Positions 11,673 through 23,742 of a DNA stretch of 64,000 bases are shown here, piece by piece. A program made the translations under genes and the position numbers. The notes under the pieces were generated by a model. It was given only the letters and a program-made list of their open reading frames with translations, was not told where the DNA came from and ran no database searches. The first letter of the stretch is position 1, and the number at the start of each line of letters is the position of its first letter. This DNA is from Zygnema circumcarinatum SAG 698-1b (lineage: Eukaryota > Plantae > Zygnematophyceae). The stretch spans positions 1,178,001-1,242,000 of the forward strand of contig CM074806.1 of assembly GCA_037447605.1 (NCBI GenBank), in the 5' to 3' direction.

Positions 11673-14600
11673 TCAAGTGCTTAATTTTAAGTCGCGAATT
11701 TCTTCCCTTACCTTATGTACCTCATCCTCATCCTCATCCTCCTCCATTGGCAATTCCTGCCCATTATTCTCATCCAGCGGGCCCAGCACGTGTACTCCTA
11801 CCGAACCCTTCTCCAAGATTGATTTCAAAAGCTTGATGGCGTCGGATGAAATATAATTTTCATTCAAATCCACAAGTTTGAAGGCTGGCAAGTATGCCAC
11901 TGCAGATGCCGCTGCGATGGCTCCAACTGTTGTGCATTTATTCTGACTTAGATGGAGCTCTTCCAATTTCCTGCACAAAGTCAATCGACACCGACCATTA
12001 ATAGCCTAACTCATAACATTTGACATAACAAATTGACGAAAGAAAAGTGCAACAAAAGTGCAGATACCCTCCTTTAAAGTATGTTTGAGGCACAAGACAA
12101 TACCTGTGTTGAGGACTTATGCTTAGGCACACAAAGGCAACTCCTTTGTCCCTCAATCTGTTCTCCCCAAGGTCGATCTTTCGCAAACCTTGATTGGTTT
12201 CTATCAGGGAACCCAAAGATTTAGTCGCCTTTTCAGTGATCTCATTGCCTCTAAGCTCCAAAACCTGAAACAACAATAGGATCAAACGCATGGCATTCAG
12301 ATTTAGCAATAGCCAGAGTCAGCATCGTAGGGACAAGGTTGAACTTGAGGCCATGTCTTAAGTCTATCATTACTAATATAGGTTATACATTTGGCATGGC
12401 AATTGAACTCACCTCGAGACTAACTACAGTGTTGTCTTTTTTAAGAGCCACCGCCAAAGCAATCGCGCCCTTGTCTCCAACACCTGAAGATCAATTCCGT
12501 TCAAAGCAATGACAAGAAATAAAATTAGAACATGTTTACAATTGAGAAAAACAAAAGCTGCCAGGGAATCAGCAATCCATGTGAAAGTTGGTCCTTCAAA
12601 TGAAAGCAACAATATAAAGAGGAAGCTGCAAACATTTCACAAAATACAAAAAAGCTGCAGATTGAGCTTCAATCTAACCTGTGTATGAGAGATAAAGTTC
12701 CCGCAAGCTGCTGTGACACTGCAGTGTCCTTGCAAGAGCTTGACCAATTTCTTCATTGAACATATTATCATATAAATCCAACGATTTCAAATTGCTACCT
12801 GCAACGGGAAACAAAGGAGGCATCAAGGAATGTGTTTCAAGGATGTCTCCTTCTCAACAAAAAACGCCATTCTTAGGCCAGGTGTATAACCGAACAACGT
12901 CATATTAAAAAAAAAGGTAGGTTTAAAAAATTTACCTGACATCAGAGCTTCTGCGAGGGCCAGACCACCCTCTGGCTTCAACCTTGTGGACGAAAATCGG
13001 AAATTTTCCAACTTCTTTGACTTTGCTACAATCTTTGCAAGCATCTTTGCGCCGTCATCTTCTGCAATTCATGCAATAGCAACAAATAAACCTCAGACTA
13101 ACCTTACAATATTCTTGGCAACCAAAAGCGTACACGATTTTAGTATCATCTATGTACACAAATCGCTAATGCACTGGAATTGGCCTGCCATATATTGCCC
13201 GACATAATCAAAGACCGATCAGACCAGCTTTCTTACTTTCGCACTACTGCATTCGTGTATAGTTCTTAACCAAGTGTGATGCAACAAATCAGGTCCTGAT
13301 TGAGCCATACCGCTGTACAAAAAAGAAGTTTTTGCGCTAGTCAAGTGACCATTGCATCATTTACTATAGGACAGCTTACCGATCAAGTCTTGGTGGAAGT
13401 GAAACAACCGAAGATCGGGCATGTCAGGCATTGTTTCAACTATAGCTATGGCAGCGTCCTTAGAGATGCCGGCATTACAAATTGACAATTGTTGAAGCGC
13501 TGTCTGCAAATCAGTACACAAACAAGAGCTTTAGCACCAAAACCAATAACAAAAAATTCAATCAAAAATTCATGACAAATTCTACTTTAGTCAGTCTTCA
13601 ACCACACAGCCCCACCACATGTGTACTGCACCTGTCCTTGCAAGGCATCCGCGCACGATCGTATGCCCTTTTCTCCCAAAGCATTGTCTGACAGGTTGAT
13701 TGCCAAAAGCTTAGTGCCCATTAGGGCCTTGCTTATGGTAGCCAAGGCAGCCAGTGCCTTGTTCTCCTGCCCATCCCCAAACATCACAAGTACAGATGTC
13801 ACCACAAGCCTCTCATCATCAAGAAACTCAGCATGCGTATGAAAACAACACTAGCATTCACAACGTGAGATGGCATTGAAAATGGCACCAGGAGGCCATA
13901 ATCAATTTCACCAAACTCGTGGGAGAAGAACAAACCTCTAGCCCGGCAATTGTGTCGCTTAAATCAACTTCTGTCAACGACGCTTTTACATTTTCAAATG
14001 CCTTTGCCGCCACAGCTGCAGCTTCCGGGCCGAAGATTTTCGAACTAAGGCAGACCTGCCTCACTCACACCCAGCACATACGAAGCGCTCCAAAGCATAA
14101 GCGCCTTATTCAAGCTTCCTAGCAAGTTAGAACATAATCTATCAAACCACGTGTAAGCATTCAAATAGCCAAAAGAAATGCATAGGACATCAGATATATA
14201 CCTTGGTGATAGACGAGGTAAAAAGCCGTTGCAAAAGCTCCTCTGCACGCTTCTCAGTCAGGAATTCACGTGCTCCACGGGACAGATCCACCTGCTTGCA
14301 TGCCGAAATCCCGTTGTAAGCGAGAGTTTGAGGAACAAAACCAGGAAAAGTTTTAGATTTCAGAATCAAAACGTTTTAATAACTAGTAGTTTCAGAGTTT
14401 TAAAACACTTTTAGAACAGTCGTATGACCGTTGAAATTGAATGACATTAAAATCCCCATGACAGCTTACAGCCCTATCATCCATTACACTTACCTCCAAT
14501 AGCAAGGGAGGAAAAACCTCATCTGTGTTACCAAAGAACCGGTTCACATGTTCCAGCTGCAACATAAAACAAAAATTGTAAAGATTTAAGGCAAAAAGAC

Positions 14601-17600
14601 ATCCCTTGAAAATGTGCTACTTTTTTTCTTTGACGATTTTAAGCAAAAAAACAAAAGAACAATTCCTAGCATGCAAGATAATCACCCCACTACCAAGATA
14701 GATATTAGGATGGAAATCAACACGCTTTTTACCTGCAATTTCAATACTTCTGAATCCTTGGGATAAAATTTGTAGAGTTTCATGACTCGAAACGACTCGC
14801 GCTCCGCCGCCGTCATTGAATCAATGAATTTGTTTCGCTCAATTTTAGCCTGCCATGTTGCAACAAAACTCACACTTCTTGTTAGCAAAATGTATGCAGT
14901 AAGAAACAAACATTCATATCAGCATCCATGTAAACTTTCATCCTTCTAAGCCTTTCCAGTTGAACTGCAACTTCTTACATAGAGCGAACAAAGGTCAAGC
15001 GTCTGGTAACAAGACTGGCGGCTAGCGAAGTGAATGCACAAAGGTTGTTATTCAGGATTTCTTTAGAGCTAAAAAGCATGCAAACATCTTACTGATGACT
15101 CTAGCAACTCTAAAGCTAGACAAAGGCAATCAGTTTATGTCTCAACTCACCTCCCTGATCTTGGCTTTCGCTGCATTCGCTTGATCTTTGCAGTGTGCCT
15201 GACCCATAAATTCAAAGCAACGCCAATACAACACATCCAATCAGGAACTTAAATGTGCCCAAAGATTCTAAAACTCACAAACCAAAAACAGTAACAGTGG
15301 GGAGTTCTAGCTGCAGCCTTAACAGCTTCTGATAGATAGTTCCTCCTTTCCGTTTCCACTGCCAGTCCCATCACTTAAAGCACTTGAAGTGCTTGAAAAC
15401 ACTGGTACAACGGCCAACGGTAAAAGCTTATAATGCAAAGGACTCACCTGTGGCTCGTCAGATATGTACGAGATTGGGACTACTGACTCTGCTGGGGGAT
15501 CCCCTTCTTTCTTTGGTTTGAAAAAATCTGTACAGGAACATCCAATAGATCAGTATCCAACCAGGCAGGCACCAACCAAAAGAACAGGTCGATCTGCGCA
15601 ATCTGATTCCAAGAATCAAGACAAAAAGCGCGCAAGAATCTACAAGTACGTCAAATAGGAAGAACCATAAAAAGGGGAAGTGAGTTAAACTCACATGGAA
15701 AGAAATATTCAATTTTTTTAGCATCCTCCCCTCTCTTCCGTTTCAAATATGTCCTGGTTGTCCTGCATAATGCACTTGGAAGTATGTGTTAGCAACTCAC
15801 TCGACAATACATGATTTAGGCGTGAAGCTGGAAAAAAACGGAGAAGCATCAAGACAAAAGCAACAATAGTTTCCGTATTACCTCCGTTGTTTGCACTTCA
15901 ATACAGAAACTTCAGAACGTTCTGCAGCTTTTCTCCTGCACAGCCGCACACCAAACAACAAAAGGCAAGAAATAGAGTTGAGAAACCAGCAATGTTTAAT
16001 CACATGAGCATACGACTGAACACGTACTGAGCGAGCGCAGAGAGCAAGTATTACTACCGCGCTGACTCGACGTCAAAATATGGCGACCAATCAATCTTCA
16101 TTGCCTCCATATCTATTATCTGTTCATCTTCCATTGCAACAGACTTCACCACGAGCTTGTTGGACGGGGCCAGTGGAGAAACCACCTGCCAGCCATAACA
16201 CAAGTCTTAATCAGATTAGTCCATGACCTTGACCACATTTACAATCGCATTTGTGAACAAAGGAAACAAAGCTCTAAGGGCTGAGGGATGAGGTATAGCA
16301 AGACAAAAGCCAGCAACTTACAGCAAAGATCACCGGGATCAAAAAAGCTTTCTCCAACACTTGCGAATATCCACCTGCATTTGACAGACAGATCAAATGT
16401 TCACTTATCGCTAAACTTCAATGCGGACTTACAAAAACAGAGCATGGTAATTTGTTACTGTTTTAAGTAGATGGACCTACAAGTGTAAAACGAACTTACG
16501 TTCAGTTGACCCGTACAGCCAGCAGGTCTTTTTGTGCAGGACCGCGCCAGGCTCGAATGCTTCCTGCAAAAGCATTTGAAGCATCTTGGTTAGTACATCA
16601 CCTCTGCTTTTTCATTCCTTGATCAATAAGGGCGCGCAAAGCATTTTCTGCCGCAATTTGCGCAGCAAAAGGCGTACTTTTTTTAGCCGCTTTAAATCCA
16701 GAAGCTCCAGCAGATGACCAAGATATGACTTGTCCTCTGACGTCCGTGATAGTAACAATTGTATTGTTGAAGCTAGCTTGCACATGGATCACTCCTTTAG
16801 AAGTTCTCCTTTTATTTTTGCGAATAAGAATTTTATTTGTTGGTCTAACCATGTTATTATAAGCAATTACAATTATATCAATATACGTGTGTTTTTCTCT
16901 GTGTGCATTTGTTTATTGCATATGTATTTACAAAGTGAGAACACAAAAAAAGTACTAAAATTTTTTCGAACACATAAGCAGAATATCTATCAATATAGAA
17001 TTACTCCAATAGTTTAATCTCATAAACACAGAAGAAAGATATTCGTGCATATAGTATGTGAAAGTTTTATTATATCTTGGTAAACAGCATTATCCTTGAC
17101 GCTGTTTGTGTTTAGGATNNNNNNNNNNGAGTTTCAGTGTTGTTTAAATTTGATGTAGAATGAAATGTGGGCTTGGATTCAAAAGTATTGTCAACTGTGA
17201 GCAAAGGTTTTAGCAAACTATTAAGATTCTGTGAAGCTTCACTGATTGCTTCTTGAGGGGTTAACGATCCGTTGGTCCATACTTCTAATACCAACATTTC
17301 TTGTCGTATGTCCCTTTCTCCTAAAGAGTGAATACTATAATTAATATTCCGAACGGGTTTTAAAGCAGCGTCAAGTACAAATATGCCATTGGTTATAGGT
17401 ATTTTTTTTTGCAAGGTACATGTTTTTGTATTTTCAATAGTAATATGAATTTCTATTGACGTCGATGTTTCTATATTAGCAATGTACTGCGTACTATCCA
17501 CTACTTTCACTGTTGGTGGTAACTGAATATCTTCGGCGGTAACGATTCCAGGACCATTAAACAATATTATTCCTTTTTGTGTCTCCAAAATATCACTTTT

Positions 17601-20165
17601 CAGTACTATATCTTTTAGGTTCAATAGTATATCATGTATGGATTCTCGAATTCCTTTTAATGTAGAATATTCATGTGTAGCACCAACTACATAAGCAGAA
17701 GTAATACAAGTACTATGTACCTCTCCTAATAATGCCCTACGAATAGCTGTTCCGATTGTTATAGCTTGGCCGATAGACAAAGGATACACAACAAAACGTC
17801 CATAATGTAGTCGTAAATTTTGTATCTCATGGTTCAAACATTTGCATTTTGGTTCATTTGAGATGCGATGTAGGTTCATGTGATGATGTTGATTGCCAAA
17901 GATAATTATACACGTCGTTTCTTGGGAGCTCTACAACCATTATGTGGCATTGGAGTTACGTCTCTAACAAAACTAAGTTGAATTCCACTATTTATAATAG
18001 CCCTAAGTGCTGTGTCTCTCCCCCTACCTGGACCGCTTAGCATCACCTCTGCTTGTTTCATTCCCTGATCAATAAGGGCGCGCAAAGCATTTTCTGCCGC
18101 AATTTGCGCAGCAAAAGGCGTACTTTTTTTAGCCGCTTTAAATCCAGAAGCTCCAGCAGATGACCAAGATATGACTTGTCCTCTGACGTCCGTGATAGTA
18201 ACAATTGTATTGTTGAAGCTAGCTTGCACATGGATCACTCCTTTAGAAGTTCTCCTTTTATTTTTGCGAATAAGAATTTTATTTGTTGGTCTAACCATGT
18301 TATTATAAGCAATTACAATTATATCAATATACGTGTGTTTTTCTCTGTGTGCATTTGTTTATTGCATATGTATTTACAAAGTGAGAACACAAAAAAAGTA
18401 CTAAAATTTTTTCGAACACATAAGCAGAATATCTATCAATATAGAATTACTCCAATAGTTTAATCTCATAAACACAGAAGAAAGATATTCGTGCATATAG
18501 TATGTGAAAGTTTTATTATATCTTGGTAAACAGCATTATCCTTGACGCTGTTTGTGTTTAGGATTAGTGCATACTACCATAACCTTTCCTCGTCTACGAA
18601 TCATTCTACAATTACTACATATTTTGCGTACTGAAGCTCTTACTTTCATTTGTTATTACCTCCAAATTTGAATTTTTTTCTGTCCGAATTTATCTACCTT
18701 AGAGAATTTTTCTTTATGCAATATTGTGAAATGACATCTTATGTCGNNNNNNNNNNGAGTTTCAGTGTTGTTTAAATTTGATGTAGAATGAAATGTGGGC
18801 TTGGATTCAAAAGTATTGTCAACTGTGAGCAAAGGTTTTAGCAAACTATTAAGATTCTGTGAAGCTTCACTGATTGCTTCTTGAGGGGTTAACGATCCGT
18901 TGGTCCATACTTCTAATACCAACATTTCTTGTCGTATGTCCCTTTCTCCTAAAGAGTGAATACTATAATTAATATTCCGAACGGGTTTTAAAGCAGCGTC
19001 AAGTACAAATATGCCATTGGTTATAGGTATTTTTTTTTGCAAGGTACATGTTTTTGTATTTTCAATAGTAATATGAATTTCTATTGACGTCGATGTTTCT
19101 ATATTAGCAATGTACTGCGTACTATCCACTACTTTCACTGTTGGTGGTAACTGAATATCTTCGGCGGTAACGATTCCAGGACCATTAAACAATATTATTC
19201 CTTTTTGTGTCTCCAAAATATCACTTTTCAGTACTATATCTTTTAGGTTCAATAGTATATCATGTATGGATTCTCGAATTCCTTTTAATGTAGAATATTC
19301 ATGTGTAGCACCAACTACATAAGCAGAAGTAATACAAGTACTATGTACCTCTCCTAATAATGCCCTACGAATAGCTGTTCCGATTGTTATAGCTTGGCCG
19401 ATAGACAAAGGATACACAACAAAACGTCCATAATGTAGTCGTAAATTTTGTATCTCATGGTTCAAACATTTGCATTTTGGTTCATTTGAGATGCGATGTA
19501 GGTTCATGTGATGATGTTGATTGCCAAAGATAATTATACACGTCGTTTCTTGGGAGCTCTACAACCATTATGTGGCATTGGAGTTACGTCTCTAACAAAA
19601 CTAAGTTGAATTCCACTATTTATAATAGCCCTAAGTGCTGTGTCTCTCCCCCTACCTGGACCGCTTAGCATCACCTCTGCTTTTTCATTCCTTGATCAAT
19701 AAGGGCGCGCAAAGCATTTTCTGCCGCAATTTGCGCAGCAGAATAGCTTAAAAGTGGATAAAAACAAAAGCGGCGAGCAAAACAGTACATTCAGCAATTC
19801 CACTACTACGTATCATCGCTGAGACGTACAAAAGAAAAGGTAGAGCGTCGAATATTTACCTTCAGGGAAGAAAAATCCCAGTTTTTTTCACGAACATCCA
19901 CGTGTTGAGCCATCTGTAAAAGAGCAAAAGGTCAGACTTTTGCAAAAATGCTTAAAACAATATGACTGAAAAAGTGATAGCGATTCTCACCTCAGTTCCA
20001 ACCAGAAGAACCTCCTTCCAAAGATTTTCCTACAGAAGTGAAGGGAGAAGTGTCAGGCATTTCTCCAATCTTCAATGACGATGCGTCAACACCAATAACG
20101 TTTTCCAAAAACTGCTTCACACGGAGTCTCAGGGCCTAATGTGAGGCAGACGCAATACTCACCAT
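11673..20165 (-). CDS. HIT4-domain / RanGAP-LRR fusion protein (~20 exons)
   Basis: HIT4-like exons: [13 protein letters not shown] (20029-19991), NWDFSSLK (19913-19860), EAFEPG..YGSTE (16563-16500), [17 protein letters not shown] (16185-16058), [21 protein letters not shown] (14849-14733), [12 protein letters not shown] (14556-14494). A phase-0 GT-AG intron then leads to RanGAP-like exons [11 protein letters not shown] (14291-14202), [36 protein letters not shown] and LGPLDEN plus an acidic tail. Confidence 0.8.
16598..16852 (-). pseudogene. rps11: Plastid rps11 5' fragment, frameshifted at the nuclear junction
   Basis: Identical to the first part of 17906-18298, then a 1-bp deletion and truncation. 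Confidence 0.85.
17129..17879 (-). CDS. rpoA: Plastid RNA polymerase alpha subunit, 5' part, cut by an N gap
   Basis: [37 protein letters not shown] motifs. Confidence 0.92.
17906..18298 (-). CDS. rps11: Plastid 30S ribosomal protein S11
   Basis: [35 protein letters not shown]; intact, 130 aa. Confidence 0.95.
   Translation of the reverse strand: MVRPTNKILIRKNKRRTSKGVIHVQASFNNTIVTITDVRGQVISWSSAGASGFKAAKKSTPFAAQIAAENALRALIDQGMKQAEVMLSGPGRGRDTALRAIINSGIQLSFVRDVTPMPHNGCRAPKKRRV
18536..18649 (-). CDS. rpl36: Plastid 50S ribosomal protein L36 (below the ORF-track cutoff)
   Basis: Manual translation gives [37 protein letters not shown], with a GGAGG Shine-Dalgarno upstream. Confidence 0.95.
   Translation of the reverse strand: MKVRASVRKICSNCRMIRRRGKVMVVCTNPKHKQRQG
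18757..19507 (-). CDS. rpoA: Second identical copy of the rpoA 5' part, cut by an N gap
   Basis: Same sequence and same gap-adjacent end as 17129-17879. Confidence 0.85.
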
Positions 20166-21050
20166 ATTTACATACTAAAAGTTTACCAGACTGACCCCGT
20201 ACTCCCTTCTATTCCCTCTGCTTCCTTGCCTCCACTCGCCCTTCACTTTTCCCTCTCTCAGTTGCTCAGTCTTTTCTTTCCCCTCTTCCAAAAAACAAGC
20301 AGAAAAAGTGCCCCCCCGCCTCTCCCTGGCCCCTTTTATAGGTCCCCCTCCCCCTTCCTGCACTGGCTCGCCCCTTTACTTCCAAGCCTCCTCCATACAG
20401 AGCCGAGCTCCAACGGCCTCCTTGGAAGGGAGGACCGTTCGGGGGCGAGCCAGTGCAGGACGAGTCGCCACGTAGACAGACGCAACAAAAACTCTGCCAC
20501 GCGGCAAAACAGTATCGATGCAGCGACCGACAACTCAGGAACTCGCTCCACGTGGAGGCTGCGAGGGAGCCACGTGGAAGCTGCTGAGAGGCGATTGGCG
20601 ACTAAAAATCAGGCGATTGGCGACTAAAAATCAGTTTTCGCGTAGGCACACGTGACAAAAGTTCACGACGAGACAAAACACTTTTACAACAGTTGAATAG
20701 TTCCAAAATCCGCGCCACGTGGAGGTTGTTGAGAGCCCGACTAGCAATTGAAAATCAAATTTTGGTGGGTCAAGATTGAAAATGTCTAAACGATACCGAA
20801 ACAAACGGCAAACAAAATTTTTTTATTTAGGCCGAAGCGACCAATCACAGCGCGACATGGCGAGTTTCTGAAACGTCAAGTCCAGCCGCATAACAAGCCG
20901 TCGGGTTCCATGCAATCCCATGCAACCCAGCTCGCAACCACGCTTTACAGTGCAACCATGGACTTTCCAACCAAAAAATAACGTCATCAGACCCATCCTG
21001 CATGCACGCATGCACCAAGAAGGGCAAGATCAACGACAGGTGGCATGATT

Positions 21051-21121
21051 TGAGTGGAGGGATTCGAACCCTCAGCATTCGGTTAACAAAACCGCTGCTC
21101 TCCCAGTTGAGCTGCACTCAT
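21051..21121 (-). ncRNA. tRNA-like element (pseudo-tRNA or SINE head; nominal anticodon TGT/Thr)
   Basis: TGAGTG/CACTCA stem, GCTC-AACTGGGA-GAGC D arm, CGGT/ACCG stem with TTTGTTA loop, GAGGG-TTCGAAT-CCCTC T arm. Mismatches at 1:72 and at the top of the anticodon stem. Confidence 0.65.
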
Positions 21122-21975
21122 CTTCATCTCCCATCCTCATCACAGACGTAACACGCTGACCGCCCCCACGCAAGCATCGTCTTCAAAACGAGGTACGAAA
21201 AAGTGCCAATGCGAAGGAAAGTAAACGAGCACGACGACGACGACCACACTTCAAGAAAAGAAGCAAAGCTCGAGAGAGCGCTCCTGCATTCTCGGCACAA
21301 ATGCACGAATCCACAGAGAGCCATCTCCCATAGCCCCATCCCTCCATACCCCCATGCCATGCCGTGCCGCGCCCTGTCCTTCCCTCCCCTCCCCTGAGTC
21401 CCCTCTCCTCTCCCCTCCCCTCCCCTGAGTCCCCTCTCCTCTCCCCTCCCCTCCCCTCCCCTCACGTCCTCCTCCCCCTCCACTGACTCCCGCATCCTCG
21501 GCACACACCCCCCCCCACAGAGCGGCCCCATCCACACCCTCGTGCCGTGCCACGACGCGCCGCGCCCTGCCCTGCCCGCGCCTCTCCCCTGCCATCCCCT
21601 GACTCCCCTCTCCCTCTCCCTCTCCCTCTCCCATCCCCCTGAGACCCCTCTCCCTTTCCCTCTCCCGGCGGCTGGACTCCTCTGGCGTGGACGGACGGCG
21701 CGCTGCCACGTCGAGCCCACTCAACAACTCGACGCGTGTCGTGCGCACGCGTGAGACCGCCCGGCGCGCATCTCTGGCACTGTCCTTTCTGGCGGTGGGA
21801 CCTCTGGGGCGGCCACCGACATTTACGGCTGGCAACGATATATTTGTCGTCAACGCGGAGACCAACATTTCCACCGACATTTCCAACACCGACATTTCCA
21901 ACCACTTGAACAACAACAACTTCATGAACAGTAATTTGCGCAACAACAACAACAACAGACTCTGAAAGCACTACT

Positions 21976-23742
21976 ACTTAGAACGTGCCTGACTGTGTTG
22001 ATGTTATCCTGGATTTTTCAGTGTAGCGCATAAGCGTCTTTCTTAAGAAGAGTGCAGACGAGCATCCGAAGTTTTGGCTAGAAAAAAAAAAAATTAGTCG
22101 TTCACGTTGACCGTCCATGAAGTTGTAAGCCAACTTGATGATTCTGTCGTAGATTTGAAAACCGTGGAGGATTTCCTTGTTCTTGTTTCAATTGTCCTTG
22201 CTAAGTTAAGGACGTTAAGTTGTGTCTGGAATTTAACGGTTTGGCCCTTTCATTAAGACCATCTTCTTCTCCAATGTTGCACTTCGTCAACAGGTTTCCT
22301 GTCGCTCTGTAGGATCGACAAAAAGCAAATAATCATTCGAATTAGAGTGTGATTTTAGCAAGCCCCTTGGATATATCTATTTTTGACCTAGTTTCACCTC
22401 GCGGATTAAATTCAACCACAACCGTCTCCCTTCCCTGCTCTGACAGTTGGACTTGTAAATTTCCAATTCTGCAGGGTACAGTTTTGCAATTCAGCAGATC
22501 CAACAGGCTGTAGTTCCTGCAAACCAACGAGAAGCAACTGTTAGTCCACAAAGAATTGCTTATTTTCCAGTAAAAACTATTTCACGAGCATCTTCCTGGC
22601 TCATCTCAACTATGCTGCCAAAATTCGCTCTCTTAGATACGCAGTTATCCCCCCAAACGCTTCTGACTCTGACCTGTTCCGAATGCTCCTTGATGTGATT
22701 GAACTTGGAAGACCATGGGCTGGAAGCTGAGCTGACTTCATTCCATTAGTTATTGCAGGCTTTGGCAGACGCTGCAGCAGCTGCTGAGCTGGATCCAACG
22801 ATGTTTAAGGCATGGTACCGGAAAGGTGTGGCTTGTTCCAACCTGGGAAAGCCTTACGATGCCATGGTTGCCATGAGGGCGGCAGTGAAGCTGGACCCTT
22901 CCAGCCATGAAGCAAACTCCCTCCTGGCGGAGGTACAATACAAAATGGGCAACCGAGCCTAAATATAAGCAGGTGCAATAATATGTATTCTGCTGATTGA
23001 TATCAAACACGATGTACAGAAAAAGGCGAAGACGACAGTGAGTGCAGTTTCTCAAGCTCTGTACCAGCAGCTTTTGGGAGGTGCCTTCGGCTGATAGGCA
23101 GGTTGCTGCCATCTTGGTGACTTATCCAAAGGTTCTACTTCCAGCATGCTGCTGGTGAAGTTTCTTCTGCTGGAACTAAACTTTAATGGAAGTAGACAGT
23201 GTCGCTAGAAGGGAATTCAGAGTAATGTAGTTGAAAGAAATAAATTATATAGTTAAGTAAATATGAGATTTCAGGAGTACGGATTTCGGTTTGACATCAA
23301 TAAGATACTTTTTGTTGGTTTAATAAGTTGCACTCGTTCGAAGTTATTGGAGGTGTCTCTTGATAACTTTTTCTACATTCAGTAATCTATAACGAATACA
23401 TTATTATATTACTCGCAACCTGGTCATTTGGTGGGCTCATTGAAGCGCAGGTTCTGGTCATAAAATGATCCTCTTGACGACTACCATGGCAGAAATATCA
23501 TGGTTTTGTTTTGAGCTCTAGATAAAATCTTGACAAAAAATAGGGAGATTTAGAGGGTCTTACGGTTAACGAAACACTTCACCCATACATCAACAATTAA
23601 CACACCGTGGGGCTCCAAACGCTAATTGACGCAAGGGAGTGGAGAACAAAATCAATTTAATAATAGCAAATCCAGTTTTACATTTCGATAAGAGCGCAAG
23701 CCAAAGCTATACAGGCTGAAGCAAATAAAGCAAATTTACAGG
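21976..23742 (+). pseudogene. Copy 2 of the direct repeat: truncated TPR gene fragment
   Basis: Lacks exon 1 and has a ~260-bp deletion (TTGC microhomology) removing the 3' half and donor of exon 2. Exon 3 is retained at about 22759-22962. Confidence 0.85.

Larger units (their letters stand above)
16596..19740 (-). other. Plastid-derived block (rpl36-rps11-rpoA fragments, repeated, two N gaps) inside an intron; probably a 72-bp NUPT plus mis-assembled plastid sequence
   Basis: AT-rich, intronless, plastid operon order; N gaps at 17119-17128 and 18747-18756; an identical 72-bp mutated anchor at both ends. Confidence 0.88.

Noticed and set aside
17129-19507. Functional transfer of rpoA or rps11 to the nucleus
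   Set aside because: No transit peptide or introns, plastid operon context is retained, and the structure points to mis-assembly.
16598-19740. Plastid minicircle or concatemer of rps11-rpoA
   Set aside because: The rpoA-to-rpl36 joins occur only across N gaps; no sequenced junction exists.
21124-21971. Long GC-rich ORFs and a (CAA)n tract as a gene or retroelement tail
   Set aside because: Low-complexity ORFs open in many frames, with no RT or endonuclease motifs and no TSD.
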